In this document: positions 1-13,400 of the stretch, one piece after another | How positions within the stretch are numbered: position 1 is the first letter of the stretch | Layout: each line of letters starts with the position of its first letter | Made by a program: the position numbers and the translations under genes | Origin: Lytechinus pictus | Taxonomy: Eukaryota | Direction of reading: 5' to 3' | DNA length: 64,000 nt | Assembly (NCBI RefSeq): GCF_037042905.1 | Contig: NC_087245.1 | Location: 5,334,001 to 5,398,000 of the forward strand | Notes under the pieces: generated by a model | Database searches by the model: none | What the model saw: the letters and a program-made list of their open reading frames with translations, nothing else | What the model was told of the DNA's origin: nothing

Positions 1-924
1 TATGTTTGTTGCACACTGACTTTACACCTTAAACAGATACTCCAGGCTGAGAATATCATGATATGATCCTATGGATTTGATATGATAGCTGCAAAACTGA
101 AAATTTCGTTGAAAGTGGATGATATAATGAAATTATTGCAATTTTCATTAATTACTATTTTTATTGTATGAAATCTTTCAAATGTAATTACTCTTACATT
201 TTTATTCATTTTTATCTCCATTGTTAGATGCAAGTATAATCAAATTCATAGCAATACTTAATACTATGTTACATTATTAAAGCCACGAGTGAGGAGGAAG
301 GAGATTACCGCCCCTAGCTTTAAAAAGGCGCACTGACGGCCTATACCAAAACTTAACCCTATCAAAATACATGTATAGCATCATTACACCACTTCAAGGA
401 GCAGAATGTTGATTTCTGACGATGAAAGAGCAGATATCATTTGCAGACTCATTGCATATTCTTAATGACTGTTAGAAAGAAATAACGCGAAATTTCAAAA
501 TGACATCATTCCGCCATTTTACATCCAATTTTGATTACATTTTCATTGCTTTGCTTGAATTATTTCACTTATTTTATTTTAATATATATGTTTAACCCGA
601 GTGTCAATTTCATGAATTAGTGAGAATGAACGTGACTTACGTGAAGCAGAATAGATGGGGGTAAAATTAATACTTGAAAAAAAAAACATTCAAATTGAGG
701 TAGGCCCTGTGGTCCGTCTCACTATTCTTAATTTTGCTTCCTTCAAATCCCTTCTATTCCACAATTTTGAAATTGGCTACCGAGAGTGTTAATTATGTTC
801 ATAAAAATGTACAAGATATATTATAAAATGTCTCTTAATATTGCATATTTCATCAACGTTTTCATAAAACTGAGTTTTTAAAATACTGTTTTTTATTGCA
901 ACAGAACAATCCAGGAGAACTTCT

Positions 925-1030
925 TTAGCAGTAGCTTGAATCCCCGGATCTGGATGTTTGGATATCACATATCATTTGTGCCTGACATGATGCATCACAC
1001 GGACCTGCGTCGTACTGGCGATGAAAAAAC
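925..1030 (-). CDS. SMPD1: SMPD1-like terminal coding exon ([34 protein letters not shown])
   Basis: ttttatag| acceptor, four C-terminal cysteines, TAA at 927-925, AATAAA (minus) at 897-892. Confidence 0.9.
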
Positions 1031-4000
1031 CTATAAAAGCAAAGACAAGATTGGAGTTATATGACTTTACTTCTTTGAAACTATGATCCATTTTATTAAA
1101 TAGATTTTCATTGTTGTTCCTTTCCCAATTAACGCAATGACCAAGGGAAACAAATTGTATACAATAAAGACCTGTCATTGGCGAAATGAGCCAAAAAAGG
1201 TACTATTTTTTTTTTTAGATTTTGACATAACATTCAGAAAACAATATCATATATCACCTCTCTTTCCCATTTCTCTTTTTTTTTTTTTTGGGGGGGGGGG
1301 CGCTTGCCCACACCCCGTCTGTACACCACTGATGTATCTTTGGTTTCAGCAAGTAATATTGACATGTAATCCGTTCATGGTTGAATTGTTATTATTATCA
1401 TAATGAATTTGATTCTATTATGATAAGTTATCCTCCTCATCATTATCATCATCATTATCATCGTTGTTATTATCCTTATTGCTGTTTTTGTTATTCCATG
1501 CCACCCATTAACGTCAGAGTGGATGCCTCTTGAATATTTATTACTGGGAAGAATATATCCCAAGAAACTAACATAATTCACACAGGATTTAACATTTTGA
1601 TCATGCATATTTACAAAATATTTATACAAATACGATAACTAGAAAATGTTCATTAAGAGCAAAGAAATCCAGTACGATTTCTTACTTTTTAATTGACATG
1701 AAATCACTCTTAAAACTTCGTGCCAAAAGTCACCATTGATTGATAAAAATTACTTTCAAATAGAGCACTGTCGCAAATGGCATGAACAACTCTATATGCT
1801 TTTTTCTCCCCCCCCCCTTCCACAATTCACCCCTTTCAAGCGATCTCTTTCATACCTGTAATATTGATTGAAAATCGTAGTATTTGACTTCATTTCATCG
1901 ACAACTCTGTTCCATTCACTGGGTTGCAATGATGTCATGTTAAAGGCATTCTGAAACAAACCAGTACAACTTGATAAACATATTTGTTCAGTTAAAACAT
2001 TTTCTGCATTCAATAAAACGATACAAATTAATACATTATGAAAGAAAAACGCTTAAAAAATCCATATCATGGTTCCAAGTAATTACAAAAAAATCCCAGA
2101 TTTACCCGGAATGAAGTCTCAATATTTATTGATAATTATTTCTCAGAAGCAGTTCTATAGGTCAAATTTTTAATTTCAGTTCAAATAAACATTTATTTTC
2201 GTCTATTTGTCACAAAATATTATTGTTAAATATAAATTATACAAAATCATTTGCCATAATATAATATAAATATATAACATAACGTAGTTCCCTGAAAGCC
2301 AGAGCTTGTGACGGGATATGCCTATAACAGAATAAGGGATGGATGCTACTTCCTTTTTGCTTTTCAATGTAAATAAACATCTTCAAAGTAAGGTACTACA
2401 ATTTGTGAGGCTACATTAGAAAAATTGCCAGACATCCAACAGATGTTGTTTTGATATGCATAAAAACCAAAGTCTAACTTTTCCCCGATTTGAGGAAATT
2501 CCCTGGCTTTTCTCTGACTGGAAAAAGGTAAAATATTTTTTTCTCATTTACTTGATGGGCTTAAATCCGGATTATACTTCCAAATACTCACCCTTAAAAG
2601 TAAACAAAATAAATAAAAGTGTAAGGGAAATTATCTATTTCATTTTTTATACAATAATTTTTTTTATAACATATAATTTTCAAAGCAGGGGATCTTCATA
2701 GACTGGATGCATAATGTCGATGCGAAATAATCTAAGGTGTATAAAATTTTAATTTCATACCAAAGGAATTTCCAAGGAAATATTCGAATACATTAGTATA
2801 ATTGGAACAAAATAGAAATGTGTGGGAAATATATATTGAATGAATCAATTATAATTAAATGGAATTGCTAAAAGTCATAATCATGAGGAGAGTGCATGAC
2901 ATGATTATACCTTTGCATGGTACTCCATACGCCATATTGGTTTGTCAGTAAGGTTGGCTTCGGTGAGGTTGAGATAGTAGTTATCATGATCCAATACAGC
3001 CTGTTTATCAAATCATAGATAACACATTTCTAAATTGAGACTTTTTGATGAATAAATAAGTTAGGACGACAAGGGGAATATTAGCCAAGGAAAAAAGAGG
3101 TATTCATGATTGGAAATCATCTAGTCTACATGGACCTGATTCTGAATCTCATCAAGTCGAGCTGAAAAGACAAGAGACACACTGCGAACGCACTTTGAAC
3201 AAAATGAACACACTGTGAACACACTAAACACATTGTGAACACACTGAACACACTGTGAACACACTGAACACATTGTGAAAACACTGAACACACTGTAAAC
3301 ACACTGAACACACTGTGAACATACTGAACACACTGTGAACATACTGAACACGCTGTGAACATACTGAACACACTGAACAAATGTTAAAAAGTTGTGAACA
3401 CTCTGATTACATTTTGAACATACTGAACACACTGTATACGTACTGAACACACTGAACACATTGTAAACACACTGAACACACTGTGAACACAAACTGTAAA
3501 CACTGAGCACATTGTGAACGCACTGACCACACTGTAAACACACTGTGACCATACTTAACACACTGTGAACATACTGAACATACTGAACACACTATGAACA
3601 TACTGAACACACTGTGAACACACTGAACAAATTTTAAAAAAGTTGTGAACACACTGATTACATTTTGAACATACTGAACACACTGTATACGTACTGAACA
3701 CACTGAACACATTGTAAACACACTGAACACACTGTGAACACACACTGTGAACACACTGAGCACATTGTGAACACACTGAACACATTGTACACACACTGAA
3801 CACACAGAACAAATTGTAAACACTGAACACACTATGAACATACTGAACACTCTGTGAACATACTGAACACTCTGTGAACACACTGAACACATTGTAAACA
3901 CACTGAACACACTGTGAACACACTGAGCACATTGTAAACACACTGAACACATTGTGAACACACTGAACACATTGTGAACACACTGTGATCACACTGAACA

Positions 4001-7000
4001 TATTGTGAACACACTGACCACACTGTAAACACACTGTGACCATACCTAACACACTGTGAACATACTGAACACACTGTGACCATACCTAACACACTGTGAA
4101 CATACTGAACACACTGTGAACATACTGAACACACTGTGAACATACTGAACACACTGTAAACACACTGAACAAATTTTAAAAAAGTTGTGAACACAATGAT
4201 TACATTTTGAACATACTGAACACACTGTATACGTACTGAACACACTGAACACATTGTAAACACACTGAACACACTGTGAACACACACTGTGAACACACTG
4301 AGCACATTGTGAACACACTGAGCACATTGTGAACACACTGAACACATTGTACACACACTGAACACACTGAACACATTGTAAACACTGAACACACTATGAA
4401 CATACTGAACACTCTGTGAACATACTGAACACACTGAACACATTGTAAACACACTGAACACACTGTGAACACACTGAGCACATTGTAAACACACTGAGCA
4501 CACTGAACACATTGTGAACACACTGTGAACACACTGAACACATTGTGAACACACTGTGATCACACTGAACATATTGTGAACACACTGACCACACTGTAAA
4601 CACACTGTGACCATACCTAATACACTGTGAACATACTGAACACACTGTGAACATACTGAACACACTGTGAACATACTGAACACACTGTAAACACACTGAA
4701 CAAATTTTAAAAAAGTTGTGAACACAATGATTACATTTTGAACATACTGAACACACTGTATACGTACTGAACACACTGAACACATTGTAAACACACTGAA
4801 CACACTGTGAACACACACTGTGAACACACTGAGCACATTGTGAACACACTGAACACACTGAACACATTGTAAACACTGAACACACTATGAACATACTGAA
4901 CACTCTGTGAACATACTGAACACTCTGTGAACATACTGAACACAATGAACACATTGTAAACACACTGAACACACTGTGAACACATTGAGCACATTGTAAA
5001 CACACTGAACACACTGAACACATTGTGAACACACTGTGAACACCCTGAACACATTGTGAACACACTGTGATCACACTGAACATATTGTGAACACACTGAA
5101 CACACTGTAAATACACTGAGCACACTGTACAAACTGAACGCATTGTGAACATACTGAACACACTGTGAATATACTGAACACACTGTGAACATACTGAAAA
5201 CACTGTGAACACACTGAACACAATGTAAACACACTGTGAACACACACTGTGAACGCACTGAACACACTGAACACACTGCAAACGCACTCTGAACACACTA
5301 TGAATACACTGCACTGACGTGCAATGGGGAGGGTGGGATGGCTGCAAAGCTAGATGATCTGGAAGTCACCAAAACACTTTCGTCAAGACAAAAAGATAAG
5401 ATGTGATGTTGGATGAGATGTTTATCTTGATAAGAAGAAAAGAATACTGTATTTTTTTTGCTCAGTTTCATTTTTAAATGATTTTATCTTTTTGTTTTGG
5501 TGTCCAAATGAAGTCTGATCTTACTCAGGGTTAGGAGGAAGAAATGAAGGAAGGAAGGAAGGAAGGAAGGAAGGAAGGAAGAAAGGAAGGAAGGAAGGAA
5601 TGCAGGGGCGGATCCAGCTTTCGCCAATAGGGGGAGGGGGCTGCGGCCTATTCAGCCTCCCCTGGATCCACCAATAGAATGAATGAATGACTGTGACTGA
5701 ATATCTTAACATCTACTCTAGATATCAAAATCCAGTCCTACATTATTTTGTAAGAAAACGATTTAAAACTATTTGATTATCATAGCCATAATTTTGCTTA
5801 ATAAATCTATGGGAATTCATAATTTCTATTATATCTTTTGAATGTACCCATGTACAGTTCGTGTAGTTGCCATCAGCTGTGTAAACGCGATAGCCCGGAT
5901 TTTGTCCGCTCGGTGTAACAGCTCCCGCAATATAAACTACGCTGATTGGCCGATGGGAAGTGGCGTTCTCGTAAAAAAGTGTAAACTGGTCCTTATGCCT
6001 GTGGCCAAAGAACTGTCCCCGAATTGTGCTCTCGTATCTGGAATGGGGAATTCATGAAATGAGAAAGAAATATAAAGATCGAAATCGAGGCATAGGCCTA
6101 CCAAAGTTGAATTAGCATAGCTGCCATCGATGGTATAAACACGATAACCCGGGTATTGCGTATCGGGGGTAATAGCTCCTCCCACATACACCACGTTGAT
6201 TGGTCGGCGAGTTTTGACGTTTTCATAAAACAGGTGAAACTGATCGTGATGGGTGTGGCCAAAGAATTGTCCTCGAATAGTACTCTCGTATCTATGGGAG
6301 TAACGACATATAAACTATTGGGTTATCGTGATCACTCTTTCAAACCAACATCTCTGAATACAGAGAGCTTTTCTTTAAAACACACGGATTGATATTTTTA
6401 GACTGATTAAAAAACGTTCTAGAAATTCCTAATAAGCGTCTGCAAAATTTTACAAAGAGAAATTATAGAATTAGAATGTAAAGAGCAATCTATAACTGGC
6501 CCGACATAATTATGTTAATTTAACAAGAGTGATTCCCTATTTAACTGGATTAAGATACATTATAGACTGGTATGTGATTACAAATTAATAAGGCCTAATC
6601 TATGAGAGAATGGACTGGCTAATTCATCTAGAAGTATGTCAAATCTCGCCTCCTCTGAAAACACACGTCTTTCAGAATGTTTGACTAAGTGAGGTTCAAT
6701 CTGTTTGAATATCCCTTGATATTTATAGTGTAAATGTTTGATTTTTAAATCTAAAATTCTAACAATTTTCCAGCTTTCCTCACGCATAGAGACCTGGGGA
6801 GCGTTTCATGAAAAGACTTGTCAGACTTTTTATCCGACAGTTACCATAGGAACTGTCATCTTCAGCCAATCAAAATCAAGGAAGTTGTCAGATCTGACAA
6901 CTTGTCGGACAAAAATGTTGATGAAACACTCCCCTGTATGTGTTACGCGTCTGTTAAGAATTGTACTATTATTATCATCATTATAGGTAAAAAAAAAAAA

Positions 7001-9826
7001 AAAAAGGGGGGGTCCTAACACGTAAGCGTCTACAGGGCAAGAAGATATGAACGGCCTGTTACCTCTTGACAATAAGCTCGTAGTTCTTGCTCCATACTGG
7101 TAATGTACCACTTGGTGGAATGTGACCTAGAATGTGTACCTTCTCTCCCGCTGCCTCAGCTGCTTGAAGGACACCAATCAACCACTGTAATTGACCATCG
7201 GGATCAGTACCATTGATCTGTAACCACCTAAAACAGAATAATACAGGTGAATGCACTGTTGAAATAACAACAATAATAATAATAACAATAATAGCTAATA
7301 ATAATAACAATAATAATCATCATGAGATGTGAAAAAATGCGGATCTTTTTTACACGTTTGTAGATGATGATATGGGCTAGACTGGTGGGCTTGGCGTATA
7401 TTGAAATTTCAAATACACAACAGTTCATAGATTAATTTAATAGACCTATCACACTAATCAGCCACTGTCTTTGAGGGTAGTGAACACATTGATCTTTAAA
7501 CGGTCACTATCAGAAAGTTACATGTTATGCTGTTGGGAATTTATCGTCAATTAGCAGGTTCAACTAACCGTCTTGGACGTCTACAAGAAATCTCAGATTG
7601 CACCAATAATTTATACCAATATCTGCATATCTGTTTTCTGATTTATTACTACAATTCTTGTAAAATAATCAAGCAGCAAACCAAACATCTTTATGCTTCA
7701 TGTATGCATTCACAGAGATAACATTAACTTATTACTGATAAATTATTCATGTATCATTTGCTTTATTGAATATAGGATATGGCATTACCAATTCATTGGG
7801 TTTCCAGCATTCGAGTTAAGTGACACAACACGAAGACCCGGATACACAAGGACATCGTAATAACCACCACTGGAGTGAACAAAACAATGGAAAATGAAAT
7901 ATAAGATTATTTCTTAATCAATACTTCTCATTAAAAAAAATTTATTGGGCCAAATTTGAATGAATAGTTCATGACAAGGAAGCTCGTAACAAGAAAGTTT
8001 GATGTTCTTACCGTTGAATATTTGCACGTGTTGCATTAGGCAGCCAACCAGCTTTATCTATCCAATTATGAGCCATAGTGTTATATAACCAAGTCTCTGA
8101 TTGGTCACCTTTTATGACGTCAGTAGGTGGAAAGCTGGAAGAAAAGCGATTGTTTACAAGTAATGTGTAAACCTAAAAACACCCATGAATGCGTCTACAC
8201 AGTTTCAATAAGTTTTAATAATGTTGCTGCTGCTGATGATGATGATAATAATAATGATGATAATAATAATAATACTATAAACAATAATAACAACAACAAT
8301 AGTAAAGATTATAATGATAATAATACTGATAATAAATATTGCTTTCTGACAGAACATGGAAAGCGCAACTATATATAGCGAAAGATACCACTCATTGCAC
8401 TCAAGGAAGTAATCCTACCGGACACACATTTGCCTCACCTGGAAAGGGAGAGCGATGGCTTAAATGGAAAGGAATCAAACAAGGTGAAAGTAAAGATCTC
8501 CACAATTATGCTTATGGAATGACCAGACAGAATGATAACGTAACATTCAAATAAATGATGTTGCACAGATATCTGAAGTATTCTTAAAACTCATCTAATC
8601 ATTGCCGGACTTTCCGCGAACTTCTGAAGATGAAACTGATCTTCGGTTTACAAGCTGCTGCTTTATTAGGCCACCCTTTCCCTTTCGACGGTTCATTCTG
8701 GTTCTTTTTATTGTCATATCTGAAATAAACCTAAATCAATAATATAATCATGATTATTTCACTATATTATTTTAAGAAGGCTACTAGTCTTTGTCACCTG
8801 TTTACGGGGGCACTTTCATGATTGCCAAGAGCCCCATAAACTTTGACCCCTGGGAAATATTTCAGGAAAAGATCGGTGACGAGGTTAAAAATACCAATGT
8901 TGTCGGATCGAGTCTGATTCCAAACATCATGGGCAGGAAGATCACCTGTCATGTAAATCATATCGAGCTGAAAAAAAAAGAAAACAATAAAAATATCAGT
9001 ATAACCTTTGATCATGGATGGTGCATGGAGTTGGAAGGTGCTAGTGAATTATGTGTTTGATAATGTCAGGTTCATTCAGTAAAAGATACGCATTTCAACT
9101 TTTCAACAATAACGATTAAAAATCATTTTGACTCTTCGTTTTATAAGAACTATATATATATACAGTATATATATACTAACTAACATACTCATGCGACGCC
9201 AAAGGGGGCGTATACTTTGTGTATGTAATTTGATGTGCATAAAATTATCTTATATGTACAACATTCTAAATTCATTAAAATAATCTACTGAAGATAACAT
9301 GATTGTGTAGTTGACGGACATTATGGGAACAAATTATATAAATGCAACAATCTAGACGATTGTTATGATTATTTCATACCTTTTGTGTCTTTGATATTTC
9401 TTGGAGAGTATTAATCATGAGTTTCAGAGAAGCATCACAACCTCGCAAGTCTCCCCATTTACCAGCTCCAGGAACGCCGGGGGCTATATCGATGACGAAC
9501 GAGGGAGAGGCGATAAATTGAGGTAGATGAAAAGTGAGAGAAAATATGAATATTTAAGTGATGGTAGTAGCAGGGGCACTAGCGTATCTACGGGGGGGGG
9601 GGGAAGGAGGGGCACTCTGCCCCCCCCTGACGAGTCACAACCAAAATACGTATCTTTGCCCCACCTGACGGGCTTGAAAAATCTTTTTGCCCCCCCCCCC
9701 CTGGCGAGCTTGAAGACCTTTATATTGCCCCCCTGACGAGCTTGAAGACCTTTTTTTTTTTTTTTTTTTTTTTTTTGCTTGTCAATTTTTTTCTGGTACG
9801 GATTCCTTTATTTGTGATCGAAGACC

Positions 9827-9857
<31 letters not shown>

Positions 9858-10032
9858 TGTCAAATTTTTGGCGGACGGTTTTGCCCCCCCCCCCCTGTGG
9901 AAAATCCTAGGTACGCCACTGAGCAGGGGTGTAGTAGAAGTAGTGTAGTAGGCCTAGTAGTATTTGTTGCTGCATCGCAGGATAAGTAGTGGTTGCAGTA
10001 GTATGAGTATAATGTAGTAGTAGTAGTAGTAT

Positions 10033-10068
<36 letters not shown>

Positions 10069-10153
10069 GAGTAGTAGTAGTAGCAGTAATAGTCATAGTA
10101 GTAATAGTAATAGTAGTAGTAGTAGTAGCAGCAGCAGCAGTGGGAGTAGTAGG

Positions 10154-10218
<65 letters not shown>

Positions 10219-10234
10219 AAGAAGTAGTTGTAGT

Positions 10235-10285
<51 letters not shown>

Positions 10286-10309
10286 TAGTAGTAGCAGAAG
10301 AATAAGAAA

Positions 10310-10345
<36 letters not shown>

Positions 10346-10380
10346 CAGTAGCAGCAGCAGTAGCAGCAGCAACAGTAGTT

Positions 10381-10413
<33 letters not shown>

Positions 10414-13400
10414 TTTTGTTAATTAACTTGGACCGTTTTTGTTCCAAGTTATCTCTTTTGAAGTGTTACCATTGTTGAGTGGCCAGCATATTCATGTATG
10501 TCTGGCGTCCAAATTGTGAAGAGTTTAGTAACCGAAATGAAAGGCGTCGTATCAAAGGAAGAGGTACAAATGAAGATGATAAATATAAAGAACAATGATG
10601 ATGGTGGTTAGCTACCTGGGGGACCATCGTTGGATCTGCAGCATATCGGTTCCCCACAATCTGTGTTTGACCCAACCTCATACATCCGATCTATGTGAAG
10701 ATCACTGATGTGAAGAATACGCAGAGTTGGTGAACCTTGCTGAGAAAGAAATAAGGAGGGGGTTGAAATTAGAGGATCTATAGAGGAGGACGAAGTGGAT
10801 TTTGATAACGATGATCATGATTCTCACGTTGATATCGGTGACGGTGATATGCCTATACTGTTGATGAAATTGTGGTGATGAGGATGATGATGCGGAGGAG
10901 GAGGATGCTGAGTATGATGCTGCTGCTGATGATGACGATAATGGTGATGATGACCATGATGATGACCATGATGATGATGATGATGATGATAAAGACGATG
11001 ATGATGATGATGACGATGATGATGATGAGGAGGAGGAGGATGAGGAGGAAGAGGATGATGATGATGATGATGACGATGATGATGGCGACGATGATGATCG
11101 ATAATTTGGATCGGAGGTGAACATTTAGATTATGATGAGGATGATGATGACGAAGAAAATGAAAGAATTGAGGAGAATGATGATGAAAATGACAATGATT
11201 AAGATGATTTCATTCAATAAACATATCAGGTTGCATATTTTAAATGTAGAAAATTAGAAAAACATATCATTGAAGGATTGTAATCAAAAACAAAAAAAAA
11301 CAATCACTAGCAGAGTAATTAATTTTCGAAGATCAAAAATTTAGGCGTCAGATCCCACAATTTCAAAAACAAAATTGAAAATGAATTTTTTTCTGCAGTT
11401 TAGCAGATTGTTTCATGAAACGTGTATGTCTTTATCATGTTTATACCGATTTTTGTAATTTCACATAATGCTCGGTAAATTTAAATGTTTTTTCTCAGTG
11501 TTAATAACTGTTTTATTGTCTCTAGGTACGTCTTATAGACAGATCAAAATAACATAACGAAAGACCAGGTTTTCAACAGATTTTGTTTGATTTATTTCAC
11601 TTGAAATACAATAATCTCTGGGTTTTTTTAAGAATAAGATTATCCCAGTCATATTGTCTGTTAAAAAAGAGACAACTCCATGATTGTCTTAAGAATTGTG
11701 CAATAAATTGCAATGGTTCTCGAGACTCCGCTGCATGCAGGCATTTTTATGTTTAAATAAGACACTATCTAATACTGACTACATGTAGCCCATTAGGTTA
11801 AGTTTAATATGACAAAAATTATCATTTCTTAATGGTTTGTGGTTAGAACTATAATTCTTTAGAATAGAAGCAGTTGTATTAACATTTTAATGCGGAGGTA
11901 AACTCATTTCCAATTGTCTGTCATTTTATGAAATGATTTTACCTGAAAACTGACACATTGATATGTTCGAATGTGGCGTCACAAAATAGAAACCTCAAGC
12001 ATCCATGACACAAAGTATTAATTTCTTTCAATTATGTGTTTTATTAGGAAATCAATAACAAATCACAAAATTTACAAACAATTTGTCTGATTGGTAAAAG
12101 ATTTTTTTTTTAAAGATAAATTTCGTCTTACCTTTGGTGGATTCACAGGAGTGACTGGTGGTTTGGGGATACTTGGAAACGTCACATTCCAATCTGCGTT
12201 TGGGTCATAGGTCACTGCGCATGACTCTCCAAGCAGAGTGCCACAAACTTGATCTGGGCTCAAGTAATGTAAGGTCGCCACATCGATTACCTCTTCCTGC
12301 ATGTGCAGAATTTTGTATTAAAAAAAATAATATAACTGTGAGTTTGGCTCTGAAGGAAAATGAAGACAATGAATATTCATTCAGCGCATCATAGATATTT
12401 TTTGATGGGTGAGCAGATATCAAGTGATGTAGTAATTTTCGAAAGCAAATTGATAACAAAAATCTAATGGGAAAGTATTACCCGATTCACCTATTAATTC
12501 CAGAAACATATTTTCATAGATATCAGAGGGGTACTGATGCTTGTACAGAAAAAAAATCACAAAATTAATAGATTTTTTGTGTGTGAAGGATCTTTTTCCT
12601 TTATTTGGAATAAATTAAGTGCCTCTCTGAAATTCTATGATATTTACGTAGTTTGTTTTGAGAGTGTAATTAGACAGTTGGTGAAGTTGCATGATACCAA
12701 CCTAGGGTTGCGACTGGGTATAAGGGCGACGATTTATTTCCTTTAATTATAAAGTACGTTCCCGGATTCCGTTACTCGACCACAGTTTATGAAAAAACAA
12801 TAATGATAATAATGATGACAATAATAATGATAATAATAATAATGATAATAATGATATAATAACAACAATAATAATGATTTGTAAAAAAAAAACAAAGGGC
12901 AGATTCCACTCGCCGTAATTAGTCAGGTGCCATAAGTAAAAATAGCAACTTTTATCAGAATAGTTTCGATTATAAAAGCTTAAGCATTCACCTGATATTT
13001 CATTAATGATTGACTAAGAGGGTCTGAAACTGATAATAAACTCATAATTAGTTTCGGTTGCAATATGATAATTCAAATGATACAGAGAAAATGATGAGGG
13101 GCCATTAATGGAGACTTATAGGACTTGGAAAGCTGCAGTCTATCTTGGAACACAGTCGTACTATCATGTTTAATCATACATGTCAAATATGCTTTAAGTT
13201 AATTGGAGTTTTGATGGCGAGAAAGAAGAAAGTAAGACAAGTGCTAAATTAAGGGAAAATGGGAAGAATAGAAACGATTATATAAAGTATGAAGGACGTG
13301 CAGATAAAAAGTAAGTGAGAGGGGAAAACAACATGAACAGATTAGTGCATTAAGGTCTTCTTATAATGCCAGTTCAATGCATTTGAATTTGAATTTTTTA

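Noticed and set aside
3175..5315. CRISPR-like regular repeat
   Set aside because: No unique spacers, no cas genes, eukaryotic context.
3121..5347. Long Cys/Val/Gln-rich ORFs (up to 334 aa) resembling metallothionein or keratin-associated proteins
   Set aside because: Open in several frames only because the minisatellite lacks stops; intronic, with no gene structure.
5848..6037. Exon 10B as a haplotype/assembly duplicate or part of a second SMPD1 paralogue
   Set aside because: Too diverged to be an allele, flanking intron sequence is not duplicated, and no other exon is doubled.
8624..8656. Third hammerhead-like motif CTGAAGA-TG-AAACTGA..TCGGTTT-ACAAGCT
   Set aside because: The GAAA core is missing and stem I is not evident; at most a decayed relic.
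9860..11124. Poly-L/T/S/V/M ORFs
   Set aside because: Translations of (AGT)n and (GAT)n microsatellites.
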